Assembly: GCA_018830485.1 (NCBI GenBank)
Contig: JAHJRQ010000002.1
Location: 13,211 to 77,210, forward strand
Direction: 5' to 3'
Origin: Pseudomonadota bacterium
Lineage (GTDB): Bacteria > Desulfobacterota > Desulfobulbia > Desulfobulbales > Desulfurivibrionaceae
DNA length: 64,000 bases
A model generated the notes under the pieces. That model saw only the letters and a list, made by a program, of their open reading frames with translations, made no database searches and was not told where the DNA came from. Of the stretch, positions 39,945-48,349 are shown piece by piece (the stretch's first letter is position 1; every line of letters begins with the position of its first letter). The position numbers were made by a program, and so were the translations under genes.

Positions 39945-39951
39945 GGCCTTT

Positions 39952-41043
39952 ATGGAGATCCCCTTGATTACAGGCAAGACAACGATAACCGGTTCACCGC
40001 GCAGCATTCTGCTTGTGCAGCTCGGCGATATCGGCGATGTTGTCCTCTCCACCCCCTGCATCAGGGCGTTGCGGGAAAATTATCCGCAGGCCAGGATCGT
40101 GGTTGCCGTCTGGGACAAGGCTGCCGAGCTGTTGGAGGATTGTCCCTGGCTTGATCAGGTTATCGCGGTTACGAAGCGGTCCCGGCCGCTTCGGGAAGAA
40201 TTCCGCTTTCAGCTCGATTTTTTTCGCAACCTGCGCAGCCTGCATTGTGATCTGGCCATTGACCTGCGAACCGGAACGCGCGGGGCCATAATGGCCTTTC
40301 TTTCCGGGGCGTCCCTGCGGCTCGGTTTTTATGCCGGGGATGGCAGGCTGTGGCGGAATCGCCTTTTTACCGGTCTTCTGCAGCGGGAATACACCCCTGA
40401 TCTGCATGTTGTCGACTATCTCCTCGGATTGCTCTCCGCCTTCGGGATTACCACCGGACAGAGAACCCCGGAGCTTGCCGTTGCCGGGGGTAAACAGGAG
40501 AAAATCCGGCTTCTTTTCGAGCGAGAGGGGATTTTTCAGGATAAAAAGCTTGTTGCCGTGCAGCCGTTTTCCCTCTGGCAATACAAGGAGTGGGGCAAGG
40601 AGAAATATATCGCCCTTATCCAATGGCTGGTAACGGAACACGGGGCAGCGGTGCTTGTCACCGGCTCGGTTGCGGAAAAAGACCGGGCCGAGGAAATTGT
40701 CCGGGGCTGTGGCGCGGGATGTTATAATTTTGCCGGCAAGACCTCCATCGCCATGTATGCCGCTCTGTTGCAAGAATGCCGGTTGTTCATAGGGGTTGAT
40801 AGCGCCGGCCTGCATATCGCTGCGGCGGTGGGAACCCCGACAGTGGCCATATTCGGGCCGTCCTCTCCGGTGTCCTGGGCGCCGAGGGGCAAGCAGCACC
40901 TCACCGTTCGGAAAAACCTGCCATGTGTCCCTTGCAGACAGAAGGGGTGTCATGGCAGCGAGAAGAGCACCTGTCTGGATGAATTGACGCTGGAAGAGGT
41001 TAGGGCTGGGGTGGAGTCGCACCTGCGCAATACGTTGCTGTAA
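39952..41043 (+). CDS. GT9 heptosyltransferase-family protein (second copy, WaaF/WaaQ-like)
   Basis: ILLVQLGDIGDVVLSTPCIRALRENYP.A.I, and C-terminal GVDSAGLHIAAAVGTPTVAIFGPS. Confidence 0.75.
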   Translation: MEIPLITGKTTITGSPRSILLVQLGDIGDVVLSTPCIRALRENYPQARIVVAVWDKAAELLEDCPWLDQVIAVTKRSRPLREEFRFQLDFFRNLRSLHCDLAIDLRTGTRGAIMAFLSGASLRLGFYAGDGRLWRNRLFTGLLQREYTPDLHVVDYLLGLLSAFGITTGQRTPELAVAGGKQEKIRLLFEREGIFQDKKLVAVQPFSLWQYKEWGKEKYIALIQWLVTEHGAAVLVTGSVAEKDRAEEIVRGCGAGCYNFAGKTSIAMYAALLQECRLFIGVDSAGLHIAAAVGTPTVAIFGPSSPVSWAPRGKQHLTVRKNLPCVPCRQKGCHGSEKSTCLDELTLEEVRAGVESHLRNTLL

Positions 41044-41126
41044 TCGTTCGGACTAGCTGCCCGCGCTTTTTTAGGAACAATCATAAAACGCAAGAGAAGA
41101 GGGGGCCCTGGAAAGGGTGGAATGCA

Positions 41127-42407
41127 ATGGAGTTGAATGCGGCATCAACGGATAATCCCAGTAAAATTGTTTCTTTTTTAGCCGCAAGTATTCCTGTACT
41201 TCTCGGGATTTTTGTTTTTCTGGTCCCGTTTCCCCACACAACGACGATCAAGGAGATCTGCTATTATTTGTCGGTGTTCTTAGTTGTTGGCCTGCTCCTG
41301 TTTAGAAAAATACAATTTTCTTTTCAGACCCCCCTGGCTGTTCCAGGGATTCTTTTTGTGGTCTGGTGTTTTGTTGGTCTTTTTTTCGCTCTGAACCCGG
41401 CAAACAGCATTCATGATTTTTATTCGCATTTGGTAAAATACATTATTCTTTATTTCATTGTGGTTAATTTCGTTGACTCCATAAGAAAATTAGCGATTTT
41501 CTCCTGGATTATTATCTGTTCCGCTTCAATTCTCTTTGTCTGGCGTCTGCACGATTTTTACGTGACCCTTGGGAACCCCCTTACTACGAGATTCGGTGCA
41601 TGTGTCACCGAGGTGACAACCAATCTGATTGGAATCATCGCCGTAGTTTCCGTTGTTTTCAGCATACACAACATCTCCCAGGCAAAGAGGTGGCCCGGGA
41701 GGATATTTTTTGCAAGCTGTATTCTGCCTGCCCTTGCAGTAATTTTTCTGGCGCAAACCCGAAGCGTGCTGCTCGCGTTAGTTGTTGCCTTGCTGGTTGT
41801 TATTTCTGCGCAAAAGAAGGTTCTCGCCGGAGTTTTGTTGTTGCTTGGGGTGATCCTGTTTGTCAGTCCTGTCGGGGGAAGATTTACAAGCAATATGGCG
41901 GACAATCTGAGAATTAAACAGGGACTGCTTGTCTGGGAGGTTGTGAAGGATTATCCCGTAACCGGGATCGGTTTTGGCATGCAGACATTTGGTTCAGATC
42001 TGGATTTGCAACGCTACAATGCCAGGTTGCCGGAAAGGTTTCAGGGGCAGGAGATCTTGCTGAATCCCCACAATATGTATGCCGACATTGCGGTGCGTAC
42101 CGGTATTCCGGGTATCATTCTTTTCCTTGGAATCATATTTTCTTTTTTTCGGATGCTGTGGCAGCTCCGGAAAAATAACGAAAGCGACAACACTGTCTCA
42201 TGGGTGAATGCCGTTATTGCAGCAGGGCTGTCATTTTTTATAATCGGTTTTTTTGAGCCGGTTTTTAGTCATTATCCCGAGTCGGTTCTCTGCGTGATTT
42301 TTGCCATGGGAACAATATTGTGGCGAATCAACAGGGACAAGCGGACCTCTAATGACAGAATAGGATTTGTGATGGGACCGGGCGAAATAAAGAGGAAGAT
42401 ATCGTAA
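41127..42407 (+). CDS. waaL: O-antigen ligase family membrane protein (Wzy_C/WaaL-like)
   Basis: 426 aa, about 10-12 TM segments. QTRS..LA......, a large loop with GIGFG.......L.......HN.Y......GIPG. AT-rich gene. Confidence 0.7.
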   Translation: MELNAASTDNPSKIVSFLAASIPVLLGIFVFLVPFPHTTTIKEICYYLSVFLVVGLLLFRKIQFSFQTPLAVPGILFVVWCFVGLFFALNPANSIHDFYSHLVKYIILYFIVVNFVDSIRKLAIFSWIIICSASILFVWRLHDFYVTLGNPLTTRFGACVTEVTTNLIGIIAVVSVVFSIHNISQAKRWPGRIFFASCILPALAVIFLAQTRSVLLALVVALLVVISAQKKVLAGVLLLLGVILFVSPVGGRFTSNMADNLRIKQGLLVWEVVKDYPVTGIGFGMQTFGSDLDLQRYNARLPERFQGQEILLNPHNMYADIAVRTGIPGIILFLGIIFSFFRMLWQLRKNNESDNTVSWVNAVIAAGLSFFIIGFFEPVFSHYPESVLCVIFAMGTILWRINRDKRTSNDRIGFVMGPGEIKRKIS

Positions 42408-42604
42408 TCGATGGCGAGCATGGTTTTATTGTTGCCAAGGAGGATGCGGAAACAGTGAGCATCCATTTGGTGTCGTTGTGCGATGAGCAGCGGAGGGCAA
42501 GGATGGGCAAGGCCGCGCGCCAGCGGGCTGCGGAGCATTCCTGGGATGAGGTTGCAGGGAAGGTTGTCACCATCTACGAGGAGATATTGTCCGCATCCCC
42601 CTGA
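42398..42604 (+). pseudogene. 3'-terminal remnant of a GT4 glycosyltransferase gene (no start codon, no N-terminal domain)
   Basis: The frame starting at 42407 translates to IDGEHGFIVAKEDAETVSIHLVSLCDEQRRARMGKAARQRAAEHSWDEVAGKVVTIYEEILSASP*, the canonical last ~65 aa of GT4 enzymes. It abuts the waaL stop, and a stop lies in the same frame at 42353. Confidence 0.6.
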
Positions 42605-43556
42605 GGTAATAATCCCACAAGGTGCCAGAGGTTTCCGGCACCAGGTGGATTTTGACGCGTTTGCCCGTGCCGCGGTCTTGTTGCGCCAACCTCTCAAGGT
42701 GCGAGGCGAGCATGGGAAAGAGGTTGTATCGGTTCAGCACGGCATCCCGAGCTTCCTGGATTTCCTGCCGGGACTCTTCGTAGCGTTTGCGTGCGAGGCA
42801 TTCTTCGATGATGGCTATGGCCTGTTCCGGTTGTTGGAGGTCAATCCTGGTGAGAGATTTTTCGGGGAAATATTTTTCGATATTGGGGCAGCCGTAATAG
42901 ATGGGGTGGCAGCCGGCCAGAAACGGGTCGGAGATCTTTTCCGTCCAATAATCGTTGACTGCGCAATTTTCAATGGCGATATGATATCTGTACGGGGCAA
43001 GGGCGTCCCATTTGTCCTCTATCTCCTTGATTCCGCGTCCGAACACGTCAATGCGGTCGCCGAAATGATTTTGCAGGGCGCTGACAAAGGCAAGGCGTAG
43101 CCGATGCCCGTCACTGAAGGCCTTGGTGGAAGAGATGACGGACAGTTCTTTTCTTTTTTCATACTGGGTGGTGGCCGAGAGTTCGTCATAATCCTTTGAC
43201 CACGACAGATTCACATGGTCCTTTTGGCGTCGGCCGACATGCCAGGGGAGCCCGGGTTGGTCGATGATTATGCCGGGATGGTTGAGATCGGCGCGGCAGG
43301 TGATGACAGTGGCAAATTGGTCGAGGAATGCGGGGCGGTACTGCTTGAGGGTGGGGGGTTCCGCTGTGATCAGGATGGTGTTTTCCTTCGGGCAGTAGGC
43401 GGATTCCCCATGGGGCATCCCTTCAAATACCACCCAGTAATCACAGGTTTTTTCTGTGTGATCCAGAATAAACTGGTAATTGCCCCAAATGCCCCCCTGG
43501 TGAGGAGTCTGTCTTGCTATTGGCCAATTCGGGTATGTGAGCTTTATTTTTAGCAT
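42567..43556 (-). CDS. GT10-like (alpha-1,3/4-fucosyltransferase family) glycosyltransferase, copy A
   Basis: 329 aa. YRYHIAIENCAVNDYWTEKISDPFLAGCHPIYYGCPN matches the GT10 C-terminal motif (Y.F.L.FEN....DY.TEK......G..P.Y.G). Confidence 0.65.
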   Translation of the reverse strand: MLKIKLTYPNWPIARQTPHQGGIWGNYQFILDHTEKTCDYWVVFEGMPHGESAYCPKENTILITAEPPTLKQYRPAFLDQFATVITCRADLNHPGIIIDQPGLPWHVGRRQKDHVNLSWSKDYDELSATTQYEKRKELSVISSTKAFSDGHRLRLAFVSALQNHFGDRIDVFGRGIKEIEDKWDALAPYRYHIAIENCAVNDYWTEKISDPFLAGCHPIYYGCPNIEKYFPEKSLTRIDLQQPEQAIAIIEECLARKRYEESRQEIQEARDAVLNRYNLFPMLASHLERLAQQDRGTGKRVKIHLVPETSGTLWDYYLRGMRTISPRRW

Positions 43557-43638
43557 GATTTTTTTGGGTTCGCGTCCAATATGTACATCTTCTGAGAATA
43601 TTCGAGGATAATTTAATAGGGGATTATATACGATTCGT

Positions 43639-44601
43639 ATGATTATTGTGAAATTATCAACCCCTCTGTTTGGGATGCCGCAGGAGGTGTTGGCTAATAT
43701 TTTAAAGCAGACTCCTTCGTGCCTCGGAAGGTGGGAGGGGATTCAATTGTATGCAAATACCGATATCGAGTCATGCGATTTTTATATCGTATTTGAGGGC
43801 TTGGAAAAAAAAGAAAAAGTACTATGTCCTCCTCAAAACACGGTTTTTGTGGCGGCTGAGCCATCCTCGCTGAAGCGCTATGATGAGTCATTTCTTGCGC
43901 AATTCGCAACAGTAATTACCTGCCAACGCGGGATGAAACATTCCAATAAACATTACAGCCAGCCAGGCCACACCTGGTTTATCAAGAAAAACTATGATGA
44001 GTTGATGCGGACTGCATCCGTGCAAAAAAATAAATTGTTGTCAATCGTAACCAGTAATAAGCAGGAGAGTGAAGGGCACAAAAAAAGATATGAGTTTTGC
44101 CTGAAGCTCAAGGAGTATTTCGGCGAGGCAGCGGATTTGTATGGCCGGGGGATACATGAGTTTGAAGACAAATGGGATGTTCTGGCTCCTTATAAATATT
44201 CTGTCGCCATAGAAAACTACATTGAGCCGGATTGGGTAACGGAAAAGATTGGGGATTGTTTTTTGGCGCATACTTTCCCTTTTTATTCCGGGGCGCCAAA
44301 TGTGTCAAAATATTATAAGGAAGAAAGTTTCGTAACTATTGATATAGATAATTTCGCATTGTCGTCCGGAAAGATTGAAGAAGTTGTTGCTGATGAATTT
44401 CATTATGAAAATAGTTTTCCTGCTTTGCTTGACTCAAAAACAAGATATCTGAATAATGTCAGCCTCGTCCCCATGCTGCATAATTTTATTATGTCTGGGA
44501 TTTGCAAGGGAAAACAACACAAAGAACCGATGGTTTTTTATCCGGAAAAGAGCAAGGCTTTTTTGTTCTTTAAAAAGATGTTCAAGCCCCGGAGTAATTG
44601 A
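43639..44601 (+). CDS. GT10-like glycosyltransferase, copy B (divergent paralogue of copy A)
   Basis: 320 aa. YKYSVAIENYIEPDWVTEKIGDCFLAHTFPFYSGAPN. Collinear with copy A along its length (CD.Y.VFEG, AEP..LK.Y...FL.QFATVITC, GRGI.E.EDKWD.LAPY). Confidence 0.65.
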   Translation: MIIVKLSTPLFGMPQEVLANILKQTPSCLGRWEGIQLYANTDIESCDFYIVFEGLEKKEKVLCPPQNTVFVAAEPSSLKRYDESFLAQFATVITCQRGMKHSNKHYSQPGHTWFIKKNYDELMRTASVQKNKLLSIVTSNKQESEGHKKRYEFCLKLKEYFGEAADLYGRGIHEFEDKWDVLAPYKYSVAIENYIEPDWVTEKIGDCFLAHTFPFYSGAPNVSKYYKEESFVTIDIDNFALSSGKIEEVVADEFHYENSFPALLDSKTRYLNNVSLVPMLHNFIMSGICKGKQHKEPMVFYPEKSKAFLFFKKMFKPRSN

Positions 44602-44604
44602 GCC

Positions 44605-45561
44605 GTGAATCCCAAGGTGTCAATCTGTATTCCTGCTTACAAGCAGCCTGATTCCATTGTGAGAACATTGGAATCGATAAAGAGTCAGGATTTTTTGGAT
44701 TTTGAAGTCGTGGTGAGCGATGACACCCCGGATGAATCCGTATACAGGGCGTGTGAGAGATTTCGCACATGTTTCCCGATCCAATATCTGAAAAATGACA
44801 AGAGTCTTGGCTCCCCAGGAAACTGGAATAGGGCCGTTGATGCGGCATCGGGAAAATATATCAAGATCATGCATCATGATGATTATTTTTCGGATAACGC
44901 CAGTTTGGGAGCCTTTGTCGCGTTGCTTGATGACCATCCCGGGGCAGGTTTTGCCTTTAGCGGTTCGAACAATGTTGACCAGAACGGGCAGCTTCGTTTT
45001 GTGCATTCTGCCAAGAAAAAACAGGTGGAAACGTTGCGCCGCAATCAGAATGTGTTGTTCTTCGGGAATTTTATCGGGGCGCCGAGCGCAACGATTTACA
45101 GGAAGGATTTAGGCGTTCGGTTTGACGAAAATTTGAAATGGGTCGTTGATCTGGATTTTTATTATTCAATAGTAAGATTGAACAGCCATTTTTGTTATAC
45201 GGAAAAGCCTCTGGTGTCGGTCTGTATTGGTGGTGATGACCGGGTGACATCTGCCTGTGAAAATAATAAATGTGTAGAGATCTATGAGTGGTTCTATTTT
45301 CATAAGAAATTACGCAATATCGAGTCTTCTTGTTTTTGTTATTTTAATTTTTTTTGGAACTTATTGAAAAAGTATAAAATTTATTCGTCTAAGGAGATCT
45401 TCTCCTGCGGCGTCAATTTTCAGGTGCCGGGATATGTGGAACATATCTTGTATTGCTTTGGTGTTTTTAGACGGATTGCAGACGTTAAAGTTGTGAATAC
45501 GGTATTGCGCGTTATGTGTTTTTGGTGCTGGGTGTTTCGGGAGCGTTATTTGCTTAAATAA
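44605..45561 (+). CDS. GT2-family glycosyltransferase
   Basis: GTG start after GGAG. VSICIPAYKQPDSIVRTLESIKSQDF.DFEVVVSDD. Confidence 0.8.
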   Translation: MNPKVSICIPAYKQPDSIVRTLESIKSQDFLDFEVVVSDDTPDESVYRACERFRTCFPIQYLKNDKSLGSPGNWNRAVDAASGKYIKIMHHDDYFSDNASLGAFVALLDDHPGAGFAFSGSNNVDQNGQLRFVHSAKKKQVETLRRNQNVLFFGNFIGAPSATIYRKDLGVRFDENLKWVVDLDFYYSIVRLNSHFCYTEKPLVSVCIGGDDRVTSACENNKCVEIYEWFYFHKKLRNIESSCFCYFNFFWNLLKKYKIYSSKEIFSCGVNFQVPGYVEHILYCFGVFRRIADVKVVNTVLRVMCFWCWVFRERYLLK

Positions 45562-46508
45562 AAACACGCTTGGTCCCCATTGTGTTCGTTGTTCAACCTT
45601 TTGGCTAATTCCCTGTATGCTATAATTTTTTCTTTGGTGAAGATGTTTTTCTCTGGGGAATTGGTAAAGGACCGGCTCGCGTTCAGGGGGATATCCTGTT
45701 TGTATTGCTCGCTTCCTAAAAATTGAAATTCGTTGGAATCGTACACAATTTTGGTAATCCGCAATCCTGCTTTGTCCGCCAACAAAGAGATGCTTTTTTT
45801 GGTATGCAAGAAAAAATGCCTCGGCGCATCCAACTGCACCCAGTGCTCGCCGTATGTTCTCCAAGCATAACTATCACACAGCGGGATTCGCAGCAGGATG
45901 CGCCCGTTGTCCGCAAGGGCTTCTTTAATCTTGGCCAATAAGGCAAGCGGATTTGCTGCATGTTCGAAAGAGTGGTGCATCATGATACAGTCAAATTGTG
46001 ACTGTAATTCGGCAATATCGCATTTGTGAATTGTTACATTGTTTTCGTGGTGGATATCGTGGGCGATGAAGGGGTCCACTCCGGTAAGATTTGTAAAGCC
46101 TTCTTTATGCATGCTGAGAAGAAGATCCCCAGAACCACACCCCACATCAAGAATTTTCGAAGTTGTGGTTAGGTTCAATCCCTTGAACCACTCGAAATAT
46201 TGAGGAGGCTTGTAAATCTTCGTTAATATTTTTTTTATAACATTGCTTTCCCCAAGACAGTATTGTAGCCGTTGTTTTTTTAGAAGCTTTTTCAGGGGAG
46301 AAGTTTTTTTATTCTTCTGCGATTGCAGCGAGTAGTAAGTGTCCGGGTAGTACCGAGCCATATCCTCAGGGATGTTTGTAATCTGCAGGCAACCGCAATT
46401 GGCACATGCAAAATAGTCGAATTCATCTCTGGTGCCGAGCATCATTTCTCTGAAAACGTAATTTTTGTTGCCCGAGATGTTTTGGCAGATTCCGCAGATG
46501 TTCATCAT
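45546..46508 (-). CDS. class I SAM-dependent methyltransferase with an N-terminal CxxC...CxxC zinc-ribbon
   Basis: CGIC...(31 aa)...CANCGC, then ILDVGCGSGDLL (motif I) and IMMHHSFEH. Its 3' end overlaps the convergent GT2 gene by 16 nt. Confidence 0.8.
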   Translation of the reverse strand: MMNICGICQNISGNKNYVFREMMLGTRDEFDYFACANCGCLQITNIPEDMARYYPDTYYSLQSQKNKKTSPLKKLLKKQRLQYCLGESNVIKKILTKIYKPPQYFEWFKGLNLTTTSKILDVGCGSGDLLLSMHKEGFTNLTGVDPFIAHDIHHENNVTIHKCDIAELQSQFDCIMMHHSFEHAANPLALLAKIKEALADNGRILLRIPLCDSYAWRTYGEHWVQLDAPRHFFLHTKKSISLLADKAGLRITKIVYDSNEFQFLGSEQYKQDIPLNASRSFTNSPEKNIFTKEKIIAYRELAKRLNNEHNGDQACFYLSK

Positions 46509-46517
46509 GGATTCGCG

Positions 46518-47354
46518 TCAGTTATTCCCTTTTTGCCAATACACTCCAGAGTTGTCGATCCGGAGGAGTGGTGCGTCAATATTTTCTTTTGCCCTGTAGT
46601 CATCAGTTGCTTTTTTGCATCCCGGGAGGACATAGTCGTCGATTATGCAGAATCCGCCCTTGGACAATTTAGGATAGAGATGTATGAGTGCATCCATTGT
46701 TGAGCCATACATGTCGCCATCAAGTCTGAGGATGGATAATTGTGTTATTGGGGCATGTGGCAAAGTGTCTTTGAACCACCCCTTGAGAAAGACGACTTTG
46801 CTGTCGAGCAAGTTGTATCTTCTGAAATTTTCTTCTACATTTTCTTGGGAAACAGCAAGGAAATTTTCCGTGTGATGTGAATCCCCTTTGTCTGCAGGGA
46901 AATTGGTTGCGTCGGGCTTGGGAAGTCCTTCAAATGAGTCTGCAACAAATACGGTTCTTTCGTTTTCTTCATAGGCACTCAGTACTGCTTTCATGAAAAT
47001 GCACGCGCCACCCCGCCAAACGCCAGTTTCAATAAGATCGCCTTCGATTTTGTTTTTCAAAACCTCCTCGATGCAGTATTGGATATTGTCCAGTCTTTTC
47101 AAGCCAATCATGGTTTCCGCATACATGGGCCAGATGATCCCTTCCTCGCGGTCTTTTTCTTTGTAGTTGGCAATTTCTACTATCTGCAGCTTGAACCGGC
47201 GAAGAATTTTTGTAAGGTTGTGTATGAAATAGCGTTTTGCCGTGGATCTTTTATAGTTGAATGTTTCGAGAGGGATGCCGGGTTCTGGCCATAAAGTGAA
47301 CGAGAGTGTTTTCTTGATGAGGTCAAGATAGAGTGATATGGATGCATTTTTCAT
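46518..47354 (-). CDS. TylF/MycF-family (macrocin-O-methyltransferase-like) sugar O-methyltransferase
   Basis: GDLIETGVWRGGACIFMKAVL, VFVADSFEGLP, LRLDGDMY.ST.DAL..LYPKLS.GGF.IIDDY. Start trimmed to MKNAS. Confidence 0.85.
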   Translation of the reverse strand: MKNASISLYLDLIKKTLSFTLWPEPGIPLETFNYKRSTAKRYFIHNLTKILRRFKLQIVEIANYKEKDREEGIIWPMYAETMIGLKRLDNIQYCIEEVLKNKIEGDLIETGVWRGGACIFMKAVLSAYEENERTVFVADSFEGLPKPDATNFPADKGDSHHTENFLAVSQENVEENFRRYNLLDSKVVFLKGWFKDTLPHAPITQLSILRLDGDMYGSTMDALIHLYPKLSKGGFCIIDDYVLPGCKKATDDYRAKENIDAPLLRIDNSGVYWQKGNN

Positions 47355-47473
47355 AATTGTTCTCTTTAGTTGTATGTTTGTTTCTTTTTGTGTCCACACT
47401 GGATGAACCAATAGTCCACGTCTTGATTACCGAGGATGTTTCAGTAATCGTATTCGCTAATTCATTGAGTTAG

Positions 47474-48349
47474 TTATAGTTTGTGCCAAGTTGAAGGGAT
47501 TAGATCTTTAGTGTTCAATTTTTCCTCTTTAAACCATCTTTCGGGGGACAAAACCAATTTGTCCGGATATCGGTTCAACCACGCTCCCCACCAAGAAAAG
47601 CTGCTGTTGGCAATGATATGATGTCTGCACTGACTCATCAGGCGCAAATCTTCGTAATTTTTTTTGGGGCCGTTATGGCTGATGAATGCGACCGGGTGTG
47701 GGATTTTTAAATTTTTCTCCGCCCAGTCAGGCTCATCGCTGAAGATGAAAAAATAAGGGTGACGAGTTGTGCGGGAGAAAAATTCGATACAGCGGGCATA
47801 ATAGTCAAGATCGCATGTGCCGTGAATTGTATTGGTTTTTTCATCGGTCACATAATCCCCGCGGCGGACATGCAGGCTTATTGATTCACAGGAAGCCATT
47901 TGTTGTGCCAGCGCCAGATTTTTGCCTGTTTGCGGCAATGTTACCGTGAAATCATTTCTGATAATCCCCGAGATGTCTAAAAAATATTTTTCGCTTTGCC
48001 AGTAGCCGTCCAGGTATACGGAATCGTGCATGGTGAGTATTGCCGGGTCGAAATGATACTGGCTTTCCCGGATATGGGTTATTCCCAATTTGTTTGGAAA
48101 TCCCAAAAGTTTCTTGATTTTCTTTTGCAAAGAGCGTGTGTCGGGTTCTTTAAAAAGTTGGATTTCTTCTTGGGTTGCGATGGCTTGTTGTATGTTGAAC
48201 GCGGATAAACCGTAGTTGTGCAGAGTGTAATTTTTGAAATCCGATATATCCAGTTTCAGCACGGTGTTGTGGATTGCGGCAAGCCGCCTGCCTGCCGCAT
48301 ATTGGAACATCTGGTTCCCAAGCCCGCCCATTATTCTGACGATAATCAT
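47474..48349 (-). CDS. GT11-family alpha-1,2-fucosyltransferase-like protein
   Basis: MIIVRIMGGLGNQMFQYAAGRRLA, HVRRGDYV, FIFSDEPDW, IANSSFSWWGAWL. Start trimmed to ATG 48349 (ATGA overlap with the upstream GT2). Confidence 0.85.
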   Translation of the reverse strand: MIIVRIMGGLGNQMFQYAAGRRLAAIHNTVLKLDISDFKNYTLHNYGLSAFNIQQAIATQEEIQLFKEPDTRSLQKKIKKLLGFPNKLGITHIRESQYHFDPAILTMHDSVYLDGYWQSEKYFLDISGIIRNDFTVTLPQTGKNLALAQQMASCESISLHVRRGDYVTDEKTNTIHGTCDLDYYARCIEFFSRTTRHPYFFIFSDEPDWAEKNLKIPHPVAFISHNGPKKNYEDLRLMSQCRHHIIANSSFSWWGAWLNRYPDKLVLSPERWFKEEKLNTKDLIPSTWHKL

